The position numbers and the translations under genes are program-made. From an uncultured Bacteroidales bacterium (lineage in GTDB: Bacteria; Bacteroidota; Bacteroidia; Bacteroidales; UBA10428), in contig CAZFQS010000003.1 in the NCBI GenBank assembly GCA_964521285.1, forward strand, positions 9,749 to 73,748: a stretch of 64,000 nucleotides of DNA. The letters run 5' to 3'. This document shows positions 56,544 through 64,000 of this stretch, piece after piece. The notes beneath the pieces were generated by a model that was given only the letters and a program-made list of their open reading frames with translations, was not told the DNA's origin and ran no database searches. Every line of letters starts with the position of its first letter. The stretch's first letter is position 1.

Positions 56544-57134
56544 TTAAAACTCGACCTTTGGTACTTCAGATGCTTCTTTTTCTGCAGTAAAGTATGCCTT
56601 TTCCTCAAAATTAAATATACTGGCATAAATATTTTTTGGAAATTGTTTAATGAATGTATTGTAAGCCTGTGCTGTTTCATTAAATTTTCTTCTTTCTACT
56701 GAAATCCTATTTTCAGTTCCCTCTAACTGAGCTTGTAATTCAAGAAAGTTTTGGTTTGCTTTCAATTCCGGATATCTTTCAACCACAACAAGCAATCTCG
56801 AGAGAGCCGAACTTAAAGCTCCCTGCATTGCCTGAAATTGCTGTAGATTTTCAGCAGTAATATTATTTGGATCAACAGTTACCGCAGTAGCTCTTGAACG
56901 AGCTTCAATAACTTGTGTCAGGGTTTCCTTTTCAAAATCAGCATAACCTTTTACAGTACTTACTAAATTCGGTATTAAATCCATTCTTCTTTGATAAACA
57001 TTTTCAACATTGGACCATTGCTTGGTAACATTTTCACTTAATAGAACCATTTTGTTATAGGTTCCCTTAATAGAGAAATAAATTATTAATACCACAATTA
57101 AAACAATAATCAGGATAATCCAGGATTTTTTCAT
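56544..57134 (-). CDS. lemA: LemA family protein
   Basis: QWSNVENVYQRRMDLIPNLV...ELQAQLEGTENRISVERRKFNE. Confidence 0.9.
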   Translation of the reverse strand: MKKSWIILIIVLIVVLIIYFSIKGTYNKMVLLSENVTKQWSNVENVYQRRMDLIPNLVSTVKGYADFEKETLTQVIEARSRATAVTVDPNNITAENLQQFQAMQGALSSALSRLLVVVERYPELKANQNFLELQAQLEGTENRISVERRKFNETAQAYNTFIKQFPKNIYASIFNFEEKAYFTAEKEASEVPKVEF

Positions 57135-57300
57135 AACTAGTATATTTAAATTATTAAAATTATTTTATATAAGGTGCAAAAATATCCAATTTGACTATGA
57201 AAAAACAGTTTACTATTAATTATTTTTTAGCATAATTTTGTATAACAAAAACTTTTTTTTATAGTATAATAAAAATAGTTACCTGAATAAAATAAATAAA

Positions 57301-57765
57301 ATGAAAAAAGTTCATATAAAACTAATTATATTAATAGGATTTATAACTATATATTCATGTGAGCTGATTGATGATGAACCCGGTACAGGTGATGTGCGCG
57401 ACAGAATTGAAGGACAATGGACATGTGATGAAACCAGCCATATATACAAATCTACAGAATCAGAAACCAGCCATATATACAAATCAACAGAATCAATTTA
57501 TGTGGTATATATTGATCCTGACCCCAGTGATACAACAAAAGTTATAATCAGCAATTTTTATAACCTTGGATTTGATATTTATGTCTATGCAAAGATTAAT
57601 TCCCTTAATCTGTCAATTAGCCAGCAAACCACCAAAGATGGTTTTAAGATATTATCAGGCTCAGGAGGTATTTCATCAAATTACAAAGAAATAAACTGGA
57701 GTTACAGGGTTGATGATGGAAGCGGTGAAATAGATAATGTTACTGCAACATATACTAAGGAATAA
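57301..57765 (+). CDS. small lipoprotein of unknown function
   Basis: Lipobox IYSC. Contains an 11-aa tandem duplication. Confidence 0.6.
   Translation: MKKVHIKLIILIGFITIYSCELIDDEPGTGDVRDRIEGQWTCDETSHIYKSTESETSHIYKSTESIYVVYIDPDPSDTTKVIISNFYNLGFDIYVYAKINSLNLSISQQTTKDGFKILSGSGGISSNYKEINWSYRVDDGSGEIDNVTATYTKE
57430..57495 (+). repeat. 33-bp in-frame tandem duplication (ETSHIYKSTES x2), 1 mismatch
   Basis: 57430-57462 versus 57463-57495, read directly. Confidence 0.9.
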
Positions 57766-57771
57766 TCTTGA

Positions 57772-58347
57772 TTAAAAGGCATTTGCCTCCCAGATAAACC
57801 AGGAATAAATTGCAAATCTTGCAAATCTGAATAAGGAATATAGTATATATTTCTTAAGCGGATATTTAACTGATCCTACCAGCATACTAACACCCGAAAA
57901 GGGTAATGGAGTAAGGGCAGCTACTATTATTATATAAAAACCGTATATATTTAGCATTCTTTCCATCTTTCTTAAAAACTTCATGCGTATAAACCTGTAA
58001 AGTAATGTTGTATTTAAATACCTCCCAAAGAAATATCCGATTAATCCTGCTATATATGATAATACTGCTAATAAAAGTATTAACATAGCGTACTCAAAAA
58101 CAATACCATTCCGTAAAGCCCAAATCATAAATACCTCGGGTGGTATAATGCCAATTAACACTTCGGATGTTAGATAAATAAGGATGACAATAGACGAATT
58201 ATTATATATTGGTTCAAGCCAGGATAAATAATTTATATCGACTTTATTTTTAATGAACCAAAAAACTGCAATAACTATAGCAAGCCAGATAAGACCTCTT
58301 AACAGATTTCTAAAAAGGAATGTTGATTTTTTACCCTTGTTAATCAA
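57772..58347 (-). CDS. polytopic membrane protein (DedA/VTT-like, tentative)
   Basis: 191 aa with about 5 hydrophobic segments. Family assignment is tentative. Confidence 0.4.
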   Translation of the reverse strand: MINKGKKSTFLFRNLLRGLIWLAIVIAVFWFIKNKVDINYLSWLEPIYNNSSIVILIYLTSEVLIGIIPPEVFMIWALRNGIVFEYAMLILLLAVLSYIAGLIGYFFGRYLNTTLLYRFIRMKFLRKMERMLNIYGFYIIIVAALTPLPFSGVSMLVGSVKYPLKKYILYSLFRFARFAIYSWFIWEANAF

Positions 58348-58629
58348 TTACCTTAATTTTACTCCATTATTTATCAAAGATAAACAAACTATTAGGATTA
58401 AAAATAATTTGAACTGTTCAAATGAATTTATCAGAAATCTATATTAATTCTCAATAATGGGGTAAGACCAATTACAGCTGCTATCGTTTGTTTCATATAT
58501 GAACTGAAAAATTATCAGCTTTGCATATTATATTATAAATTTGCATTAATAAAAAAGATCAATATTTTAACAATAAAATTACATCAGGATTATTAGTTAA
58601 TAAAGTATTACTGATATTAATTTGAAAAA

Positions 58630-58704
58630 GGGGTCTTAGCTCAGCAGGTTTAGAGCGCTACCTTGACAGGGTAGAGGCCGTGGGTTCGAATCCCACAGAT
58701 CCCA
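58630..58704 (+). tRNA. tRNA-Val (anticodon GAC)
   Basis: Hand-folded cloverleaf. Acceptor GGGGTCT/AGATCCC (one G-U pair). D arm GCTC..GAGC. Anticodon stem CTACC/GGTAG with loop TTGACAG. T arm GTGGG-TTCGAAT-CCCAC. Discriminator A. No encoded CCA. Confidence 0.9.
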
Positions 58705-58733
58705 CTTCTGAACTGTTCTACTGTTAAATTGTT

Positions 58734-59828
58734 CTATACATACATCGTAATAATAAAATCTGTGCCTTCTCTTGGTTCGGTATTATAAGTAATATCAAAT
58801 CCATGTGCATCCAGAATTTTTTTACAGATGCCTAGTCCTAATCCCGTTCCCTGTTCTCCCCTGGTTCCCCTGGTAGGGGTATTTATAAATCTGCCAAACA
58901 TTACTTCAGGCTCAATGTCCTGAATACCTAATCCGGTATCAGATATTTCCAGCTTAATATCATTGTTGTCTTTATTTGATGATATTTTTATTTCACCGTT
59001 ATCAGGTGTAAATTTTACTGCGTTACTTATAAGATTGCTTATGACCTGCCTAAAGTATGTTTTGTCTACCTTTACAATCAGATCTTCATCAACTTCATTA
59101 ATGAGCTTTATTTTCTTTTCATTAATCATAGGCTGGTAAACAACTATTGAACTATTAATAAGCTTTGAAAGGTTTATTTCATCCAGGTGCAGTTTAATTT
59201 CCCTACCTTCAAGATTTGTCCAGTTCAATAATTTATTGAAATAGTCTACTATGTTCTGTGATGTATTAATAATGTATTTAAGAAAGTTTTTATGATATGA
59301 ATTTAAGTTATTTATCAGCTCTTTATCATAATATAACATCTCAGCAAAACCTGATATAGATGAAAAAGGTACTCTGAGATCCTGTGATATTATGTTTATA
59401 AAGTCTTTCTTAGACTGCAGCATCTCTCTTAAGGTATCATCATTTTTCTTAATTCTTAAGGTTGTTCTTAGTCTGGCAAGTAATTCAATCTCATCGATTG
59501 GCTTTTTAATATATTCTACTGCTCCCTTATCAAGGGCCTCTTCAACGTCTGTTGATTCAGTCTTGGCCGTAACCATTATAACCGGAATATTTTTAGTATT
59601 TTCATTTTTCTGTATTTTTTCCAGAACTTCAATACCTGTAATAACTGGCATCATAATATCCAGCAGAATAACATCAGGACGGGTATCATTTAATATTTCC
59701 AGACATTCCATCCCGTTTGAAGCGGTTATAACCTTATATCCCTCCCCGACAAGTATACCCTTTAGAAAAAAAATATTGGCCGGTTCATCATCAACGACTA
59801 AAATCCTGGAATTCAAAAATTTTTCCAT
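58734..59828 (-). CDS. hybrid REC + HisKA-like + HATPase_c protein whose phospho-acceptor His is replaced by Gln
   Basis: REC (VILLDIMMP). DHp box reads ISQDLRVPF instead of SH(D/E)LRTP. N/G boxes are intact (NLISNAVKFT, DTGLGI, GTGLGLGI). Confidence 0.8.
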   Translation of the reverse strand: MEKFLNSRILVVDDEPANIFFLKGILVGEGYKVITASNGMECLEILNDTRPDVILLDIMMPVITGIEVLEKIQKNENTKNIPVIMVTAKTESTDVEEALDKGAVEYIKKPIDEIELLARLRTTLRIKKNDDTLREMLQSKKDFINIISQDLRVPFSSISGFAEMLYYDKELINNLNSYHKNFLKYIINTSQNIVDYFNKLLNWTNLEGREIKLHLDEINLSKLINSSIVVYQPMINEKKIKLINEVDEDLIVKVDKTYFRQVISNLISNAVKFTPDNGEIKISSNKDNNDIKLEISDTGLGIQDIEPEVMFGRFINTPTRGTRGEQGTGLGLGICKKILDAHGFDITYNTEPREGTDFIITMYV

Positions 59829-59882
59829 ATTTACCTTTTTATAAAGGTATGTAAATCAATAATATAATTATTGATTATAAGT

Positions 59883-60281
59883 TTATTTTCTGATATGTTT
59901 TTTAATTTTCTCATTCAATTCATCATCATCAATTGGCTTGGAAATATAATCATCAAAACCATAAGCCAGAATTCGCTTTTTTTCTGTCGTCATAGCATGT
60001 GCAGTAACCGCAATTATTTTGACATCATTAGATTTTCTTTTCCGGCATATTTCATCAAATGCTTCAAAACCATCAACCTCCGGCATCACAATATCCATTA
60101 GTACTATATCCGGATTCTCTATAAAATATTTTTCGATTGCTTCTCTCCCATTCCTTGCAAATATCACATTATATTTATGTTTGAGCATAATTTTTAAAGT
60201 GAAAATACAAAGCTCTTCATCTTCAGCAATTAAAATTTTAGGAGCTTTTTCATTTTCAGAATTATAAGACAATTCTTCCAT
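59883..60281 (-). CDS. single-domain response regulator (REC only)
   Basis: ILIAEDEE...IVLMDIVMPEVDG...KIIAVTA...KP. Confidence 0.85.
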   Translation of the reverse strand: MEELSYNSENEKAPKILIAEDEELCIFTLKIMLKHKYNVIFARNGREAIEKYFIENPDIVLMDIVMPEVDGFEAFDEICRKRKSNDVKIIAVTAHAMTTEKKRILAYGFDDYISKPIDDDELNEKIKKHIRK

Positions 60282-60340
60282 TAATTATCAAAATTTATTG
60301 ACCCTGTAAATAAATATACGACTATATATCATTCCATTGA

Positions 60341-61894
60341 TTATGTATTATTGATATTATCAGATAAGTCTGCAGGTAATTTTACTGTAAATACTGTTCC
60401 TTCATTTAGCTTACTTTTAACATCAATTTCACCATTTAACTGTTTAATAAGTTTGTCAGCTAATGCCAGACCCAGACCCGTTCCCCCATATTTTCTTGAA
60501 GAAGTACCATCAATTTGAATAAATTTCTTAAAAATATTCTTTAGTTGTTCCTCTTCAATACCAATTCCAGTATCTTTAATCTCAAAACATATTTTATCCT
60601 CCAGGCTTGAAAATTTTATATCGATACTTCCTTTTTCGGTAAATTTCAAAGCATTTTCAATAATACTTGATAATATTTGATACATTTTAATTCTGTCATT
60701 ATGAATAACTCTGGGTAAAGGTCTTATTTTCTCAATATGCACCTTAACAGGTTTATCATCAATGGAATTGTTAACAAGAGTTTCGATATCATTTATGAAA
60801 TCATCGAGTAAAAATTCTGTTATTTTTATTGCCTGCTTTCTCCGGAACTCAAATAACCTCTCAATCAATGCATTCAGCCGTTTTCCACTTTCATGGATAT
60901 GTTGCAGGGCTTCGATTTGCTTATCACTAAGGCTTTCAGTCTCATATTTAGTCATGCTTTTCGAAATCCCAATTATTGCGTTTAAAGGAGTACGTAATTC
61001 ATGATTTAAATTATCAATAAATTCACTCATCACTTTGTTGGCTTCCTTTGCCTCTTTAGCTTTCAGCAGCTCCTTCTCTATCCTCTGTCTCCTCGTTATA
61101 TCTCTTATAATAGATACGGCGTGCCAGTTATTATCGATCTTAAATGATGAAATAGTAAGTTCTACAGGAAATTCGATTTTATTCTTCTTTACAGCTGTTA
61201 ATTCTATTGTTCTGTTAATAATATTAACCCTGTCAGATGCAATGAATTTCTGAAGGTTTTCCGGTAAACCATTTTTGTATTTTTTTTCAGAGAAAAGTGA
61301 CTGGAATGTTAAATATCTTGTTTCATATTTTGTATATCCAAATATTTTTTCAGCTGAAGGATTCCAATATGTTATTTTATGATTTTTATTTATTACAATA
61401 ATTGCATCCACTGCAACCATAGATATCTTCTTGAATCTGTTCTCACTTTCCTCCAACTTTTTATTAGTTTGTTTTAATTTTTCAATAAGATCATAAAGAT
61501 CTTTCCTTTGACGGTAAAGTTCGACATAGACCTTGACCTTAGCTAAAAAAAACGACTTATTAACTGGTTTAGTAATAAAATCAACCGCTCCTGATTCCAG
61601 TCCCTTAACCTGATAATTATCATCCGTGTAAATACCGGACAAAAATATAACCGGCAGGTTTTCATTCCCTTTAGTGTTTCTGATTTTCCCCAGCGTTTCG
61701 AAACCATCTATTTCCGGCATTTGAACATCAAGTATAACAAGAGCAAATTCATGCTCCTGTATTGCCTGTAATGCTTTTATTCCGGAAGTTGCAGTTATAA
61801 CTTCAACATCTAACTCTTCAAGAACACCCTCTATATATAAAAGATTTCGTTCTATATCGTCTACTACTAATATTTTTGTCTTTTGAATGTCCAT
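60341..61894 (-). CDS. hybrid REC + PAS + HisKA + HATPase_c sensor kinase (cytoplasmic)
   Basis: VILDVQMPEIDG, a PAS region, H-box NHELRTPLNAI, GTGLGLAL. The ATG at 61894 is preferred over the TTG at 61948. Confidence 0.85.
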   Translation of the reverse strand: MDIQKTKILVVDDIERNLLYIEGVLEELDVEVITATSGIKALQAIQEHEFALVILDVQMPEIDGFETLGKIRNTKGNENLPVIFLSGIYTDDNYQVKGLESGAVDFITKPVNKSFFLAKVKVYVELYRQRKDLYDLIEKLKQTNKKLEESENRFKKISMVAVDAIIVINKNHKITYWNPSAEKIFGYTKYETRYLTFQSLFSEKKYKNGLPENLQKFIASDRVNIINRTIELTAVKKNKIEFPVELTISSFKIDNNWHAVSIIRDITRRQRIEKELLKAKEAKEANKVMSEFIDNLNHELRTPLNAIIGISKSMTKYETESLSDKQIEALQHIHESGKRLNALIERLFEFRRKQAIKITEFLLDDFINDIETLVNNSIDDKPVKVHIEKIRPLPRVIHNDRIKMYQILSSIIENALKFTEKGSIDIKFSSLEDKICFEIKDTGIGIEEEQLKNIFKKFIQIDGTSSRKYGGTGLGLALADKLIKQLNGEIDVKSKLNEGTVFTVKLPADLSDNINNT

Positions 61895-62039
61895 AGTCCG
61901 GTTATGACATATATAATAAAAATACAAATTATTTTCAGTATATTGCAATACAAGTACAATTCTTATTTTAAGATATCTTTATAATAAAAAGAAATACAGT
62001 TTAAATTTATTATATTTGATAAGCCAAAAACTAACCTGA

Positions 62040-63842
62040 ATGGAAATCACCAGAACGTTCGATATTCTCGAAAATTACAAATTAAACTATTCCGGTAAAC
62101 AAAATGCTTTTATAGGAAAAGAAAAAGGATTCTGGAAAAAATATTCAGCTGATGATTATATTAATAATGCATATAATATAAGCTTTGGTCTGCTTTCACT
62201 GGGTTTAAAAAAAGGAGATAAAGTTGCTACAATTTCAAATAACCGCCCTGAATGGAACTTTATGGATATGGGTCTTAGCCAGGCAGGAATTATACACGTA
62301 CCAATTTATCCGACAATAAGTAATGAAGACTACAATTATATTCTTAATCATTGTGATCCCAGATTAATTATTGTCTCTGACAATATACTCTATCAGAGAA
62401 TACAACCAATAGCGGGGAAAATCCCGGGAATAAAAGACATTTATAGCTTTAATGAAATTGAGGGTGTAAAGAACTGGAAGGAAATTATAGAATTAGGAAA
62501 GAAAAACAGAAAGAAGTACAGTAATGAATTGGAGAATATTAAGGCAAATATAAAGCCTGATGAAACCGTTACCCTTTTATATACTTCAGGAACAACTGGC
62601 CACCCTAAAGGAGTTCTATTATCTCATAATAATATTATCAGTAATATAAAGTCTTTAAGTAAAGTATTCCATTTCAATGAAACTCAGAGAACATTAAGTT
62701 TTCTTCCTATAAATCATATTTTCGAAAGAACAGTGAATTATTATTTTCAAAATAATGGCTTAAGTATATATTATGCAGAAAACCTTGGTACTATTACAGA
62801 TAATCTTCGTGAGGTTAAACCGCATGTTTTTATCACTGTTCCGAGGCTTTTGGAAAAAGTATATGACAAGATTATAGCTAAAGGGAAAGAACTTAAAGGG
62901 ATAAAAAAGCAAATATTTTTCTGGGCTGTCAGACTGGGATTAAAATATAAGCTGCACAAAAAAAACGGCTGGTTTTTCCATTTAAAATTAAAAATTGCTG
63001 ATAAACTTGTATTCACCAAATGGAGAGAAGCCCTTGGTGGCAATGTTGACTTAATAGTATCGGGAGGTGCTGCTTTACAGTCAAGATTAGCCAGAGTATT
63101 TAATGCTGCCGGAATAACTTTAATTGAAGGATATGGATTAACAGAAACATCTCCTGTAATTGCAGTTAATAATATTACTACAAATGAAATAAAAATAGGT
63201 ACAGTTGGACCCCCTCTGAATGGAGTTGATGTTAAAATTTCAGATGACGGGGAAATATTATGCAAAGGACCTAACGTCATGCAGGGATATTATAAAAATC
63301 CTGAATTAACAAGCCAGGTAATTGATAAAGAAGGCTGGTTTCATACCGGCGATATAGGCATATTTGAAGATAATAAATATTTAAAAATTACTGACAGAAA
63401 GAAAGAAATATTCAAGTTGTCAAGTGGCAAATATGTTTCCCCTCAGGTTATTGAAAATAAGTTTAAAGAATCATTTTTTATTGAACAAATGATGGTTGTT
63501 GGTGAAAATCAAAAATTTGCCAGTGCCCTGATTTCACCAAATTTCCCATTCCTGCATAACTGGTGCTCAGCTAATGGAATCAATTACACGGATAATAAAG
63601 AACTCATTCGAAATGAAAAGATTATTCAGATATACCAGAAGGAAATAAATAATTTAAATAAACAACTCGGACTGGCAGAACAAATAAAAAGATTCAGGCT
63701 GGTTCGCGAAGAATGGAGCCCCCTTACAGGTGAATTGTCTCCCACACTTAAATTAAAAAGAAAATTTCTTATTCAAAAATATGGTGACGTTTTAAAAGAA
63801 ATATTTTCAGTAGAGAATAGTAACATAACTGAGCTGGTTTAA
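62040..63842 (+). CDS. long-chain fatty acid--CoA ligase (AMP-binding family)
   Basis: LYTSGTTGHPKGV, EGYGLTETS, GWFHTGDIG, LKLKRK. Confidence 0.85.
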   Translation: MEITRTFDILENYKLNYSGKQNAFIGKEKGFWKKYSADDYINNAYNISFGLLSLGLKKGDKVATISNNRPEWNFMDMGLSQAGIIHVPIYPTISNEDYNYILNHCDPRLIIVSDNILYQRIQPIAGKIPGIKDIYSFNEIEGVKNWKEIIELGKKNRKKYSNELENIKANIKPDETVTLLYTSGTTGHPKGVLLSHNNIISNIKSLSKVFHFNETQRTLSFLPINHIFERTVNYYFQNNGLSIYYAENLGTITDNLREVKPHVFITVPRLLEKVYDKIIAKGKELKGIKKQIFFWAVRLGLKYKLHKKNGWFFHLKLKIADKLVFTKWREALGGNVDLIVSGGAALQSRLARVFNAAGITLIEGYGLTETSPVIAVNNITTNEIKIGTVGPPLNGVDVKISDDGEILCKGPNVMQGYYKNPELTSQVIDKEGWFHTGDIGIFEDNKYLKITDRKKEIFKLSSGKYVSPQVIENKFKESFFIEQMMVVGENQKFASALISPNFPFLHNWCSANGINYTDNKELIRNEKIIQIYQKEINNLNKQLGLAEQIKRFRLVREEWSPLTGELSPTLKLKRKFLIQKYGDVLKEIFSVENSNITELV

Positions 63843-63886
63843 ATTACTCCCGCCCGGATAAATACTCCACGGATAATCTGTTTATG

Positions 63887-64000
63887 CTAATTATTTGCCT
63901 TTGTCTTGCTTAATCGTTTTACCAAAAATAATAATCCGATGAAGGTTAATAATCCGTTAAATATTAAAAGCTCAAATCCGAATTCATAACCTCCAAACCA
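63887..64000 (-). CDS. C-terminal fragment of a membrane protein (gene runs off the right edge)
   Basis: Own translation: WFGGYEFGFELLIFNGLLTFIGLLFLVKRLSKTKANN*. Function unknown. Confidence 0.3.
   Translation of the reverse strand, partial: WFGGYEFGFELLIFNGLLTFIGLLFLVKRLSKTKANN

Noticed and set aside
58630-58704. tRNA-Val as an integration site for a mobile element
   Set aside because: No integrase was recognised and no repeat of the tRNA 3' end was seen nearby. The defence island is 35 kb away and has non-tRNA flanks.

Overview
AT-rich bacterial chromosomal segment with about 60 genes. Gene content (lipoproteins, GH26/GH5/GH130 enzymes, sigma-54 activator, many FtsX/MacB-type and TPM/LemA genes, futalosine-pathway mqnB, anaerobe-type redox genes) suggests an anaerobic FCB-group organism (Bacteroidota/Ignavibacteriota-like); this is inference only.

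Layout:
- 1-8.8 kb: ilvB fragment, a redox/iron-sensing cluster (NifX-like, FNR-like regulator, DUF134 plus an unannotated Cys-rich 59-aa ORF, hemerythrin), a mannan-type glycoside hydrolase cluster and DUF169.
- 9.0-23.4 kb: a ~14-kb defence-type accessory island with no recombinase.
- 23.7-64 kb: mostly housekeeping and envelope genes. These are fabD, folE, mqnB, hldD, a sigma-54 two-component system divergent from a MacB-type ABC exporter, a GH130/GT4 cluster, alaS, tandem M23 peptidases, Nif3, CapA, LemA-TPM-TPM, tRNA-Val, three REC-containing signalling genes and fadD-like.

The island is the main item. It holds a tightly coupled minus-strand operon:
- a PLD-nuclease/SNF2-helicase fusion;
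- an AlbA_2/HATPase/wHTH protein;
- a PglX/Eco57I-like N6-adenine methyltransferase;
- a PHP-phosphoesterase/SMC-like ATPase whose start overlaps the methyltransferase stop (ATGA).

This gene set does not fit canonical Type I-III/ISP R-M, BREX or DISARM. Downstream lie a DUF3800-like gene, an orphan STAS-like DUF4325 gene, a GWxxWxDWLG-repeat/zinc-finger protein, and a Panacea (PanA)-type antitoxin with a truncated small toxin-like ORF.

Three direct copies of the ~60-nt sequence encoding the methyltransferase C-terminal tail (EIDQxVYQLxGLxxEEI) bracket the PHP-ATPase and DUF3800 genes like cassette boundaries. A sharp G+C drop inside the methyltransferase gene near the NPPY motif points to module swapping.

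No CRISPR array, rRNA, transposase or integrase was recognised.
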